Assembly (NCBI GenBank): GCA_964366085.1
Contig: CAYISM010000001.1
Coordinates: 17,211-81,210, forward strand
Origin: an uncultured Gammaproteobacteria bacterium
Lineage (GTDB): Bacteria; Patescibacteriota; Microgenomatia; UBA8517
Length of the DNA: 64,000 bases
Reading direction: 5' to 3'
In this document: in pieces, positions 28,199-38,029 of the stretch
How the letters are laid out: each line of letters opens with the position of its first letter
Numbering within the stretch: position 1 is the stretch's first letter
Notes under the pieces: model-generated
The model's database searches: none
What the model saw: only the letters and a program-made list of their open reading frames with translations
What the model was told of the DNA's origin: nothing
Program-made: the position numbers and the translations under genes

Positions 28199-28890
28199 AA
28201 TCTAAGAAGATCGATAAAACTTTTGATTATTACATCAAGATTCGCTCCCGTTCCTTTTCCTTTTATTCTTGGATAATGATGAACACTCAATTGGACAATT
28301 CTAAAATTTTTCTTATTTGCCTTTATTAGAAATTCGCTACTTATAAAAGCCCCTCTTTCAGATTCGAGCTTGGGAATAGAATCTATAACTTTTTTAGATA
28401 TTAATTTGAAACCGCAATCTATATCTTTTACTTTCAAACCAAAGAGGCTAAAAATAATTAACTCCCAAACAAAAGTATTAAACTTTCTATAAAATGCTAC
28501 TTTTCTGTCTAAATAATATCCAACCACTAAATCGGCGTCAGTTTCGTGCTGTTTTTGGACAAAATTAACAATTTCTGAAAAATCAAATTGTCCATCAGCG
28601 TCAGTAAAGGCAATCCAATTATATTTAGAGTTGTAAAATCCGCTTTTAAGAGAAGCCCCATAGCCTTTATTTGGGACGTGTGTAATTAGTCTAATCCTTC
28701 TATCTTGAAGACTTAACTCATTTGAAATTTCTCCAGTTTTATCTGTCGACCCATCGTTTATTATTAAAATTTCCCATTTTTCCGCTATTTCTTCCAAAAT
28801 TTTTTTTGCATTAAGAACCGTGTTCTTTATGTTTTTCTCCTCGTTATATGCCGGGAAAAAAACTGAAAGTTCGTCTATAAATTTGGCCAT
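28180..28890 (-). CDS. Polyprenyl-phosphate glycosyltransferase (DPM/GtrB-like GT2)
   Basis: FFPAYNE, NDGSTD, GYG, TDADGQF and DIDCGFKL motifs. Confidence 0.88.
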   Translation of the reverse strand: MAKFIDELSVFFPAYNEEKNIKNTVLNAKKILEEIAEKWEILIINDGSTDKTGEISNELSLQDRRIRLITHVPNKGYGASLKSGFYNSKYNWIAFTDADGQFDFSEIVNFVQKQHETDADLVVGYYLDRKVAFYRKFNTFVWELIIFSLFGLKVKDIDCGFKLISKKVIDSIPKLESERGAFISSEFLIKANKKNFRIVQLSVHHYPRIKGKGTGANLDVIIKSFIDLLRLWKKLR

Positions 28891-28942
28891 GTTTATACAA
28901 GAAGTCTAGCATAAACTGCCGTGACCGTGCTAATATTTAAGC

Positions 28943-30100
28943 ATGAAAAGAATTCTTAAAAACCTTATTTTTATTTCTCTCCTCTCCCTCATCCCAACGG
29001 TAATTATATGGATACCGTTTTTTCTGAAGTTAAAAAGTATTTGGGGAATTCCGCTTCCGAATGGCGGAATGGCAACCATAGTTTCAAATTATGACGGACC
29101 ACTTTTTATTGTGATCGCAAAAACTTTCTATAACATAGCGCAAATTAAAGCGAATTATTCATTTCCTCTCCCTACTGAATATTATGCAGCTCATTTTCCT
29201 TTGTTTCCTGTCATTATCAAAATTTTTGCCTTTATTTTTGGTTTCCCGTATGGAATGTTGGTTGCAACTTTAATATCCTCAATTCTTGCAATTTATTTTT
29301 TTAACAAATTAATAAGAAGATATGTCGAAGAAAAGGAGGCTCTTTGGATAACTTTTGTCTTTTGCCTGTTTCCTGCGAGATGGCTTGTCGTTCGTTCAGT
29401 AGGAAGCGCTGAACCGTTATTCCTGGCTGCAATAATTGCTTCGGTTTATTATTTTCAATCAAAGAAATATTGGCAGGCGGGAGTTTGGGGGGCTATAGCA
29501 CAACTTACAAAATCCCCGGGAATTCTTCTTTTTATTGCATACCTTGGAGTAATAATGCTTCCACAATTTAAACGTCTTGCAACAGAAAAATTCCAGATTT
29601 GGGCAAGAGAGTTAAATTGGAAAGCTTATCCAATACTATTTATTCCAATTTCACTTCTGGGAATTTTTGTTTTATATAAGTTCACCTTTAACGATTTTTT
29701 TGCCTATTTCCATTCGGGCGACAATGTACATTTAATGTTTCCGCCATTTTCAATATTTAACTCCAGCCAATCTTGGGTGGGCACGTTTTGGCTTGAAGAA
29801 GTAATTTTTGTTTATCTTTTTGGAATTTTGGGGCTACTTCAATTGATCAAACAACGGGAAAATATACTCGCCGCTGTTGTTGGAGTATTTTTTACTTCCT
29901 TACTTTTCGTCGCACACAGAGATTTGATCAGATATTCGCTCCCGATCGTTCCATTTTTATTTGTCGCATTTGCAAATGTTATTATCAAAAAGGAATTTAA
30001 AATTGTTATGGCAATACTGGCGCTTCCGATCTTTCTTTTCTCTATCTCCTACATCTCCCAAAATGTAATGCCCATCGGGAACTGGTCCCCATTCCTCTAA
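28943..30100 (+). CDS. GT-C mannosyltransferase-like membrane protein (PIG-V-like)
   Basis: NYDG..F..IA, FPLFP, AEPLF and RY motifs; multi-TM. Confidence 0.72.
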   Translation: MKRILKNLIFISLLSLIPTVIIWIPFFLKLKSIWGIPLPNGGMATIVSNYDGPLFIVIAKTFYNIAQIKANYSFPLPTEYYAAHFPLFPVIIKIFAFIFGFPYGMLVATLISSILAIYFFNKLIRRYVEEKEALWITFVFCLFPARWLVVRSVGSAEPLFLAAIIASVYYFQSKKYWQAGVWGAIAQLTKSPGILLFIAYLGVIMLPQFKRLATEKFQIWARELNWKAYPILFIPISLLGIFVLYKFTFNDFFAYFHSGDNVHLMFPPFSIFNSSQSWVGTFWLEEVIFVYLFGILGLLQLIKQRENILAAVVGVFFTSLLFVAHRDLIRYSLPIVPFLFVAFANVIIKKEFKIVMAILALPIFLFSISYISQNVMPIGNWSPFL

Positions 30101-30124
30101 AAATGTATAATCGGCTTCATTCAG

Positions 30125-30574
30125 ATGAGCAAAGAAAATACCAACATACCATACACAGCTTGGAGAGAACGACAAGCTCGACTGTCGTTAGTAGGGAAAC
30201 TATGTTTAAGCTGTAAAGCTGTAACCTTCCCGCCTCGCAATATTTGTTCGAACCCAGACTGTACAGAAAAAACCCGTCTTAAAGAATTTAAACTTAGTGG
30301 AAAAGGAGAAATAATCTCCTACACTACCATCTCCAATCCGAAATATGCACCAGAAGGATTCGACGAAGATTTCGTCCCATACCACTTAGTACTTGTTAAA
30401 CTTTATGAGGGACCGATTCTTTTTACCCGTTTCACAGATTTTGATCCTAAACAAAAAATCCAAGAAGGAATGAAAGTTGAGTTAATAACACGAATTTGGA
30501 AAAAGAATGGCAGGAAAGGACCAATTGAATATGGTTATGCGGTAAGATCAATATTTATACCCAAAATACTTTGA
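30125..30574 (+). CDS. DUF35-family Zn-ribbon + OB-fold protein
   Basis: CLSC...FPPRNIC..PDC, SGKGEIISYT, PY....V.L.EG, GMKVE...R and I.YGY motifs. Confidence 0.85.
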   Translation: MSKENTNIPYTAWRERQARLSLVGKLCLSCKAVTFPPRNICSNPDCTEKTRLKEFKLSGKGEIISYTTISNPKYAPEGFDEDFVPYHLVLVKLYEGPILFTRFTDFDPKQKIQEGMKVELITRIWKKNGRKGPIEYGYAVRSIFIPKIL

Positions 30575-30646
30575 TTTGCAATCATGAGTAGCATTTTGGG
30601 GGATCAAAATCACTTAACGAGAATTGCAAATTCGAGTAAGTGGAGT

Positions 30647-31786
30647 TTACTTCTTCCCAAACCTCCAGGTCTTCCAGATAACGAGATTATACATAAGATA
30701 GTTGTAGGGAAGAACCAAAAAGAGAACTATAAAAGGAAGAAGAATTTGTCTATATTGCGGACCGAGAATTGAAACACCAATGGTTCCTGCGGCTGTCTGA
30801 ATGATTAGAGCGCCTGCGGAAGTCAAATTAAACTGCAAAAACTTATAAATTAGCTTGCCAACTCCTTTTATCTTTTCATTCTTAAAAGTCCAGAGATTGT
30901 TTAGTGTAAAGTTGCTTATAATAGCCAACTCTGTTGATCCGGCCCAAGAAAGCCACTCGACCAAATTCATTTTTGAGAACAAATAAAGAAATAGAGCATT
31001 TATTACATATCCAATAAATCCTACTATGCCAAATTTAAAAAATCGCGAACGAAAAAAATCCAGTGCTCTGGTTTTTACTACAAACCAAAACGTTTTGATC
31101 GTACTTTGTACTCCTGGCATTTTGGAAAAGCCTTTCCACCTTTCTTTGAAATTAAGAGGTATCTCAATGATCTTTACGCCCTCCTTTTTGGCGTAATAAA
31201 GGAATGAAATCTGAAATGAATAAGTCTTTAGTTCGGTAATTTTGTCTTTAACTTTCAAAAAAACCCAGGGTTTTAATGCCCTATATCCCGTTGTCCAATC
31301 GTGAATTTTGTTATCTAACATCATTATTCGAATAAAAATGTTTCCTCCAACTGATAGAATTTTTCTTGTTATCCCCCAAAATTTAGGAATTGACCCTCCC
31401 TTCATATATCTTGATCCGATGACAAGATCCGCCCCTTCGTCGATTTTTTCCAAAAATTCGGGGATTAAATCAGGATCGTGCTGAAAATCGGCATCAAATT
31501 CAAAAAGCAAATCTGCCTTAATCTTATCTACTGCATATGTCATCGCCTTAATGTATGCACCACCCAACCCAACTTTTTCTTTATTCAGAAGGAGATAGAC
31601 ATTTTTATACTTCTTCATGTAATTTCTCACTATCTCATAGGTTTTATCCGGAGAAGTATCGTCAACTACCAAAATGTTCATGTCCCACTTTTCGGGAACT
31701 TTTTTAAAGACTTCTTGCAATGTATCGAGCAAAAGCCCGATATTTTCAGCTTCGTTATAGGTAGGAATAATTATTATGACTTTCAT
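30647..31786 (-). CDS. Polyprenol-monophosphomannose synthase-like GT2 fused to a GtrA flippase domain
   Basis: IPTYNE, DDTSPD, DADFQH and D.TTGYR motifs; C-terminal FFKFGIVG...NFTLN.LWTF GtrA signature. Confidence 0.9.
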   Translation of the reverse strand: MKVIIIIPTYNEAENIGLLLDTLQEVFKKVPEKWDMNILVVDDTSPDKTYEIVRNYMKKYKNVYLLLNKEKVGLGGAYIKAMTYAVDKIKADLLFEFDADFQHDPDLIPEFLEKIDEGADLVIGSRYMKGGSIPKFWGITRKILSVGGNIFIRIMMLDNKIHDWTTGYRALKPWVFLKVKDKITELKTYSFQISFLYYAKKEGVKIIEIPLNFKERWKGFSKMPGVQSTIKTFWFVVKTRALDFFRSRFFKFGIVGFIGYVINALFLYLFSKMNLVEWLSWAGSTELAIISNFTLNNLWTFKNEKIKGVGKLIYKFLQFNLTSAGALIIQTAAGTIGVSILGPQYRQILLPFIVLFLVLPYNYLMYNLVIWKTWRFGKK

Positions 31787-31917
31787 ACAGGATTAACTTT
31801 ATACCAATTTTACCTTAATTTACAATATAAAATAGTAAAATTGGGGATCATAGCCATCGCAGTTTGCTTGCAAACTGGAGTATGATGGATATATCAAACT
31901 ATACTGATAAACAAGCT

Positions 31918-32619
31918 ATGAAAATAGATATCCTAACTCTCTTTCCCGAAATGTTTAAAGGACCGTTTAGCGAAAGCATTCTTAAGAAAGCCCAAGAAAA
32001 AGGAATTATCGATATAAAAGTCTATAATATCCGCGACTGGGCCAAAGACAAACACAAGATGGCAGACGATAGACCTTACGGGGGTGGACCCGGAATGGTT
32101 TTAATGATCGAACCGATCGATCGGGCCATAGCTGAACTCACAACTCACAACTTACAACTTACAACCCGAGTAATTTTACTCGACCCTGCGGGAAAAACTT
32201 TCAACCAAAAGGAGGCTGAAAGATTGGTTAAATATGACCACATAATCTTAATCTGTGGACATTATAAAGGGATTGATGAACGGATTCGCGAACATTTAGT
32301 CGATGAGGAGATTTCGGTTGGGGACTTTGTAGTTACCGGAGGTGAAATTCCGGCAATGATTGTTGTTGATGCAACCGTAAGACTCATCCCTGGAGTCATC
32401 GGCAAAGAAGAATCTTTAAAAAAAGAATCCTTCTCGGACTTTGACGAACCGGGGGTTCCAAGGCTTTTGGGTTTTCCTCAATACACCCGTCCCGAAGAAT
32501 ATAAAGGCTGGAAAGTTCCCGAGATGCTTTTGGGTGGAAATCATAAAGAAATCTTAAGGTGGAGAATAAAAGTGGCAACCAAAAGAACCAAAGAGCGAAG
32601 GCCGGATTTACTCAAATAA
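31918..32619 (+). CDS. trmD: tRNA (guanine-N1)-methyltransferase
   Basis: MKIDILTLFPEMF, DDRPYGGGPGMV, CGHYKGIDER, TGGE and PQYTRP motifs. Confidence 0.97.
   Translation: MKIDILTLFPEMFKGPFSESILKKAQEKGIIDIKVYNIRDWAKDKHKMADDRPYGGGPGMVLMIEPIDRAIAELTTHNLQLTTRVILLDPAGKTFNQKEAERLVKYDHIILICGHYKGIDERIREHLVDEEISVGDFVVTGGEIPAMIVVDATVRLIPGVIGKEESLKKESFSDFDEPGVPRLLGFPQYTRPEEYKGWKVPEMLLGGNHKEILRWRIKVATKRTKERRPDLLK
32135..32165. repeat. Heptamer array in trmD (encodes LTTHNLQLTT)
   Basis: aactcac aactcac aacttac aacttac aac. Confidence 0.9.
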
Positions 32620-33523
32620 GTTTATTTATTATTTCGTCCGTTGTACTAAAATTCATATCCAGAACCTCTTCTGTTTTTCTTGGATCAAGCCCTCCCTTTA
32701 AAGGGTATCTTCTCGGGTTACTTACTGTGCCCTTCTCAAAATCAATTTCTTTACCCAGTGCTTTCTTTATAAATTTAGAAATTAACTTATACGGTGTAGT
32801 CGTATCTGGAGAGCTTACATGGAAAACACCGGTTAATTTATTTTCAATTATTCTTCTTAATGCCTCGCATGCTTCATCTATAAAAGTTATAGAAACCTGC
32901 TGGTCGGTAAAAAGTGGATATAATTTGTCTTCTTTTTTGAATTTCTCCAAAGGGAACCTTAAGTAGTCTAATTTCTTTTTAAATTCTTTTCTGACTGGAT
33001 AAATAATTCTGACAATCGTTGCGTTATCTCCGAGTCTTTCTTGGACTAACCTTTCGGCTTCCGCCTTTGTAAAACCATACCAAGTAAGTTTATCGGGGTT
33101 GGTTTCTGGGAGATGGTCTTCGCTATATGGACCCGGGTCATCGGGCGAGCCACTAAAAACCATATCGGTGGAAATTTGTATAAATCGCGTTTTTTCAAGG
33201 TCAATTGCGTCAAGTATATTTCTTACTCCTTCAACATTTATCCTCCAACAATCACCTCCCTCATTGTCCCTTTGTTTCTCTTCATCGTTTACATTAGTGT
33301 CCGCTGCGAAATTAATAACAACATCCGGCTTTTCTCTACTAATAAATTCTTTAACCGCTTTGGCGTCGGTTATGTCTAGTTCAGAATGTGAAGGTGTCAC
33401 AAATTCTCCGTCAAAAAGTTCCAAAAATCTTTGACCTACCAATCCCGATCCACCCAGAATTAATACTTTTCCGACATTGAGTCTTTCCTTTGATTCTTTT
33501 GTTGTTACTGCCAGTTCTACCAT
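32612..33523 (-). CDS. rmlD: dTDP-4-dehydrorhamnose reductase
   Basis: GGSGLVG, LDITD, AA.T.V, ISTD.VF and YG.TK motifs; lies in the rml cluster. Confidence 0.85.
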   Translation of the reverse strand: MVELAVTTKESKERLNVGKVLILGGSGLVGQRFLELFDGEFVTPSHSELDITDAKAVKEFISREKPDVVINFAADTNVNDEEKQRDNEGGDCWRINVEGVRNILDAIDLEKTRFIQISTDMVFSGSPDDPGPYSEDHLPETNPDKLTWYGFTKAEAERLVQERLGDNATIVRIIYPVRKEFKKKLDYLRFPLEKFKKEDKLYPLFTDQQVSITFIDEACEALRRIIENKLTGVFHVSSPDTTTPYKLISKFIKKALGKEIDFEKGTVSNPRRYPLKGGLDPRKTEEVLDMNFSTTDEIINKLI

Positions 33524-34107
33524 TATTTAAATTTGTCCGGAAAAGTTTCTCTTAAAGATTTTGCGTTCAAATCCTTTTCCGCAACAATCGGATTTTTAAT
33601 TGGCCACTTGATATTCAGATCTTCATCGAACGGTTTTATTGCAAAAGAAGAGCCGGGTGTCCAATAAGCATTGACTAAGTAAAAGTAATGAACGGGGCCT
33701 TCGATTGCACAGATAGAATTTCCGATACCTTTCGGCAGAAACAAAGCCCTCTTTGGTAAATTCCCGCCAGTATTGTCAAAAAGAAATTCTTCGTATTGTC
33801 CAAAAGTTGCGCTTTCCGGCCTTAGGTCAACAACAGGCACCCACATTTTACCAGTTGCCGAGTAAACAAGTTTGTCCCATCTTTCGGCATGAATTCCCCT
33901 TATGGCCCCTGTTTCAGACATCGAGTGGTTCATTTGAACAGGCAAAAACTCAATTCCTTTTTCTTTGAGGAGAACTTCTCGCCAAACCTCTCTGAAAAAA
34001 CCTCTTTCATCTGAAACTGCAGATCTTTCAATTATTAAAACACCTTTAATTTTTCCTTCAGTAATTATAAATTCTGGAATCTTAATGCCAATCTTGGTTT
34101 CTGTCAT
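33523..34107 (-). CDS. rmlC: dTDP-4-dehydrorhamnose 3,5-epimerase
   Basis: DERGFFRE, Q.NHS.S, RGIH, VDLRPESATFG and I.WP motifs. Confidence 0.92.
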   Translation of the reverse strand: MTETKIGIKIPEFIITEGKIKGVLIIERSAVSDERGFFREVWREVLLKEKGIEFLPVQMNHSMSETGAIRGIHAERWDKLVYSATGKMWVPVVDLRPESATFGQYEEFLFDNTGGNLPKRALFLPKGIGNSICAIEGPVHYFYLVNAYWTPGSSFAIKPFDEDLNIKWPIKNPIVAEKDLNAKSLRETFPDKFK

Positions 34108-35144
34108 TTTCTTTCCCTTGCCCTTAGATTCTTTTGAACCTCCGGGTCGACAATCGGACGGCCTTCGCGCAAAGGCTTCCACCACCACTTATTTTCCTTA
34201 TACCATTTTACCGTCGCCGGAAGCCAGTCTTCAAATTTATGTTCCGGTTTCCAACCCAATACTCTTTTTATCTTAGAAGAATCAATTGCGTATCGTGAAT
34301 CGTGTCCCAATCTATGCTCGATATGGGTAATCCAAGATTCGTCCTTGCCCATCAATTTTAAAATTTCGCGGGTTATCTGGAGATTACTTCTTTCGGAGTT
34401 TCCGCCCACACAAAATGTCTGACCGATAATTTTTTCATCTTTCAGGGCGGCGTGGATAATCGTATCGATTGCGCGGCAGTGATCAAGCACGTAAATCCAA
34501 TCCCGAACATTTTCCCCTTTACCCATCAAGGGAACCTTCTTCCCCAAAATAAGATTAGTTATAAATCTGGGAAGAAGTTTTTCTGTGTCCTGCCAAGGCC
34601 CATAGTTATTCGAAGTATTGGTAATCGTTACAGGAAGGCCATAAGTTCTGTGCCAAGCCCGAACCATGTGATCAGCCGAAGCTTTTGCGGCAGAGTAAGG
34701 ACTATGCGGATTATAAGGACTTTTTTCGTTAAATTTTAAGTCCGGCCGATTTAAGGGAAGCTCTCCGAAAACTTCATCGGTTGAGACGTGATGAAAAAGT
34801 TTTACCCCCGCACCCAGCGCATTTTGCAGCATGACCTGGGTTCCGACTACATTTGTTTGCACAAAAACATCCGGGCCCAAAACACTTCTATCGACATGGG
34901 TTTCCGCCGCGAAATGGGCAACCACATCAATTCCTCTAATTGCTCTTTTTACAACTTCGGGATCACAAATATCGCCTTTAATAAACTTAACCTTCTTGCC
35001 TTCAATATCTTTTAAATTCTCTCTGTGGCCCGCATAAGTTAATTTATCAAGAACTACAATTTCATCTTTGGGGTATTTTTTGTGCCAGTAGTGGACAAAA
35101 TTGCTTCCGATAAATCCCGCCCCGCCGGTTACAAGTATTTTCAT
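34104..35144 (-). CDS. rmlB: dTDP-glucose 4,6-dehydratase
   Basis: TGGAGFIGSN, AAETHVDRS, STDEV, PYSAAKA and RDWIYV.DH motifs. Confidence 0.96.
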   Translation of the reverse strand: MKILVTGGAGFIGSNFVHYWHKKYPKDEIVVLDKLTYAGHRENLKDIEGKKVKFIKGDICDPEVVKRAIRGIDVVAHFAAETHVDRSVLGPDVFVQTNVVGTQVMLQNALGAGVKLFHHVSTDEVFGELPLNRPDLKFNEKSPYNPHSPYSAAKASADHMVRAWHRTYGLPVTITNTSNNYGPWQDTEKLLPRFITNLILGKKVPLMGKGENVRDWIYVLDHCRAIDTIIHAALKDEKIIGQTFCVGGNSERSNLQITREILKLMGKDESWITHIEHRLGHDSRYAIDSSKIKRVLGWKPEHKFEDWLPATVKWYKENKWWWKPLREGRPIVDPEVQKNLRARERK

Positions 35145-35872
35145 ATTTTTACACCGTTCTTCCCGGCCCAATAGGCGCTGGCCTCAACAAGTGCATCAAA
35201 GGTACCGGCATCCCGCCAATAACCTTTTAGTTCCTCCCATTTCATTGTTCCTTCCTTTATGTAGAAATTTTGTATGTCAGTTATCTCCAGCTGGCCTCTT
35301 TTTGAGGGCTTAAGCTTTTTTGCGACTTGGAAACATCTGTTGTCAAAGATATAAAGTCCGGTTGAGGCATATTCTGAGGGTGGATTTTTGGGCTTTTCGA
35401 CAATTCCCACAATCTTTTTCTTGTCCTTTTTATCAAATATCGGAACTCCAAAGCGCTCGGGATCAGGAACCTTCTTAACAAACATTACCGAGCCTTTCTC
35501 AAAACGGGAAACCGCTTTTGAAATATCCGCATCGGTAGTGTTATCTCCGAGAATGACAATCACGGGTTCCCCTCCGGCAAAATCTTCGGCAACCTTAAGA
35601 GCATCCGAAATGCCTCCGGATGGATTTTCTTGATATCCATATTCGAGATGATTTAGACCAAGCTCTTTACCGTTTTTCAAGACCTGAATAAATTGTCCGG
35701 AATGGGGACCGCTAGCTATTACTATAATATCTGTGATTCCTGCCTTGACCAAAGTTTGAATCGGATAAAAAATCATAGGGCGATCGTAAATGGGAAGAAG
35801 ATGCTTGTTAGTCGCGTAAGTAAGCGGATAAAGACGTGTTCCCAAACCCCCTGCGAGAATTACGCCTTTCAT
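35141..35872 (-). CDS. rmlA: Glucose-1-phosphate thymidylyltransferase (short form)
   Basis: LAGGLGTRLYPLT, KHLLPIYDRPMIFYP, LGDN, EKP and W.DAGT motifs. Confidence 0.93.
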   Translation of the reverse strand: MKGVILAGGLGTRLYPLTYATNKHLLPIYDRPMIFYPIQTLVKAGITDIIVIASGPHSGQFIQVLKNGKELGLNHLEYGYQENPSGGISDALKVAEDFAGGEPVIVILGDNTTDADISKAVSRFEKGSVMFVKKVPDPERFGVPIFDKKDKKKIVGIVEKPKNPPSEYASTGLYIFDNRCFQVAKKLKPSKRGQLEITDIQNFYIKEGTMKWEELKGYWRDAGTFDALVEASAYWAGKNGVKI

Positions 35873-35881
35873 ATAGTGTGC

Positions 35882-35912
35882 ATTGTAAATTGTAAATTGA
35901 AAATTGTAAATT
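35882..35912. repeat. Intergenic heptamer array
   Basis: attgtaa attgtaa attgaaa attgtaa att. Confidence 0.9.
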
Positions 35913-35914
35913 AC

Positions 35915-36418
35915 TTAAGTGTGCTTGTCTGCAACTGAGGATGCGCCCCAGCTTTCGGGCTTGGTTTTGGCAACATACCCGTTTCCGGTAACCATACCCA
36001 CAACTTCCTTAATCATATCGCGGGTAGGTCCTAGGGGGCCTACGTCTATATGAATTTCCAAATCGTACTTGGCGGGAGTAACGGCGCGTCTAAGATCAGG
36101 AACAAGCTCTTGCGCAGTCTCAAGAGATAGAAGTGTTTCTGTATAAATTTTGTCGCGAAGAATAGGTTTCATCACAATCTTTTTCTTTTTCCAAAAATAT
36201 CTTGCTCCCCGGCCTTTCCTATGAATAACTATTGCTGTAACAAAATCAATTTCAGAGTTGCCGTTGGTATTTTTTGCCTGAGAATCAGTCCCAATCACGA
36301 GTCTATAAAAACTATCAGGCTCTTGGGATACAAAACTGGAAATTTCCGAAACCATCTTTTCTACACTTAAAGCCCCTATTGAAGGGCTGTAAAATCCATT
36401 TTTCACACTTTCCGTCAT
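35915..36418 (-). CDS. RNase H-like YkuK/DUF458 protein
   Basis: IGTDSQ, FVTAIVIHR.G.G, IY.ET..S, EIHIDVG, KP.S..AS.VAD; TATAAT lies 5 nt upstream of ATG 36418. Confidence 0.85.
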   Translation of the reverse strand: MTESVKNGFYSPSIGALSVEKMVSEISSFVSQEPDSFYRLVIGTDSQAKNTNGNSEIDFVTAIVIHRKGRGARYFWKKKKIVMKPILRDKIYTETLLSLETAQELVPDLRRAVTPAKYDLEIHIDVGPLGPTRDMIKEVVGMVTGNGYVAKTKPESWGASSVADKHT

Positions 36419-36473
36419 GCCCAATTATACCTCTTTTGAAGCTTTCGAGGCAAACTTTAACTGAAGCCAAATT

Positions 36474-36734
36474 TCAGACTCTGAAGATTAAAGAAAGGAC
36501 CACAACTAAGCCCAAAATCGCAATTAGCGTATATTCAATAACCACTTCGGGATATAAATCCTCATGAAGCATATGATGAACCACTCCCCAGATAACATAA
36601 GAAATAGCAGTCGCTGAAGCTACCGCGACTTGTAGAATCCGATCGTTAGGGAAAAACATAAAGATAGCGATAGCTGTCACGAAGATCGAAAAAAGAATCA
36701 CATAATGCGGTAAGTCTCGTAAAATTCTCTTCAT
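36474..36734 (-). CDS. Small membrane protein
   Basis: Three hydrophobic segments, Y..WG..HH and EY motif. Confidence 0.7.
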   Translation of the reverse strand: MKRILRDLPHYVILFSIFVTAIAIFMFFPNDRILQVAVASATAISYVIWGVVHHMLHEDLYPEVVIEYTLIAILGLVVVLSLIFRV

Positions 36735-36756
36735 GGTAAGTGTTAATGGTTAATCA

Positions 36757-37644
36757 TTAAAGAATAATTCCGCCTCTTGCAATTAAGAGAATCGTTAGGA
36801 TCATTCCCATAAAAGATATGTGTGCCAAAGCTCTGCCGCCAATTCTTACAATTCTCTTTCTTGATACAACTATTACATCAATGGCCATAACTAATAAAAG
36901 AAATATTACCAGAGCCAAAGAAATTGATTGGGTAGATTTAAACGGAGAGATTGACGCAATTTTTTGCGGTTGGGGATTTGGAGCCGCTAGCGTACTTGCT
37001 ACTCCTAGTTGAGATTCCCCGGAAGGAGGCTTTACCGACTCGGACTTGGCAATTGGCACAGCAGGTATAGTATCTACATACTTACTGCCAAAAAACTGGA
37101 CAACAATCGTCGTGTCTACTCCGGCCAGATTGCCTTCAACAACGGCGACTCCGATATCTTTATATTTTGGAGACAGAAGATTCTCTTTGTGTGATGATGA
37201 ACTCATCCAAGCCTCAACTACGGATTTTGGATCAGAAAAATCCCGAGCCAAGTTCTCTCCGGCATAACGATATTTGTATCCCACGTCAGCAAAGAACTTC
37301 CAAGGCTGGTTCCCATCCGGAGAAATATGTGCCCAATATTCTTTAGCTAGCATATCTGTGCCCTTTGCCTGCGCTCCAGATGAAAGATTGGAATTCGCCT
37401 CAAGAGGAAGAAGTCCATTGGCAACCCTTTTCTCATTTGTAAGCCTTATTATCTCCTCCGGAGAAATATTTGCAGCATATCCTAAAACCTGCGGGCCAAA
37501 TCTTGAAACAGACGAAAGAACTACCTGATAAAAAACTAAAAATATTACAAAAAGAGCCAGACTTGAAGAATGTAAAATCTTGGCTTTTTGGTTATTCGAC
37601 TCTCTTGGAAAAAATAGATGCGCTAAAGACCGGGCAAATCTCAT
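36757..37644 (-). CDS. CAP/SCP domain membrane protein
   Basis: TN..R...GL.PL, A..K..DM...YWAH, GENLA and WM.S.SH..N.L motifs. Confidence 0.9.
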   Translation of the reverse strand: MRFARSLAHLFFPRESNNQKAKILHSSSLALFVIFLVFYQVVLSSVSRFGPQVLGYAANISPEEIIRLTNEKRVANGLLPLEANSNLSSGAQAKGTDMLAKEYWAHISPDGNQPWKFFADVGYKYRYAGENLARDFSDPKSVVEAWMSSSSHKENLLSPKYKDIGVAVVEGNLAGVDTTIVVQFFGSKYVDTIPAVPIAKSESVKPPSGESQLGVASTLAAPNPQPQKIASISPFKSTQSISLALVIFLLLVMAIDVIVVSRKRIVRIGGRALAHISFMGMILTILLIARGGIIL

Positions 37645-37686
37645 ACTACAACCATGTTAGTTTCTATTTAGCTCAGAATCAATGAG

Positions 37687-37965
37687 TTACTTTATGATCG
37701 TTTTTCCCAAGAGAAAAGCCAAAAGGTAAAGAGAGAAGAGGATCAAAACTCCCCAACCAAAGCTAAAATTATTTATTCCCAAAACTTCCGGTTCAGGAGA
37801 GGAAGTTGCTTCTGGCGATGGCGATGGGGTTGATTCGGAGGGGACAGGACTTTCGTAAACTGCTTCTTCCTGGGCGTAAACAGTTGACGGAGTCAAATAA
37901 ATAAATGGAGACAGCGAATTTAAAACCACCAAAAAAGAAGCGGCAATCTTTGAAAGAATATTCAA
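37687..37965 (-). CDS. Mini surface protein (signal peptide, P/S/T linker, EVLG, C-terminal TM); possibly an internally deleted remnant
   Basis: VYA|QE cleavage-like site, ESTPSPSPEAT linker, TM segment and basic tail. Confidence 0.55.
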   Translation of the reverse strand: MNILSKIAASFLVVLNSLSPFIYLTPSTVYAQEEAVYESPVPSESTPSPSPEATSSPEPEVLGINNFSFGWGVLILFSLYLLAFLLGKTIIK

Positions 37966-38029
37966 GTTTGCCGAAGTATATCATATCAACTCAAAAAAAG
38001 AAAACGGGGAATTTTTGATGCTTAAGGGC

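Noticed and set aside
35882-35912. Heptamer arrays and hairpins as a possible CRISPR array
   Set aside because: There is no repeat-spacer periodicity of 23-50 nt and no cas genes.
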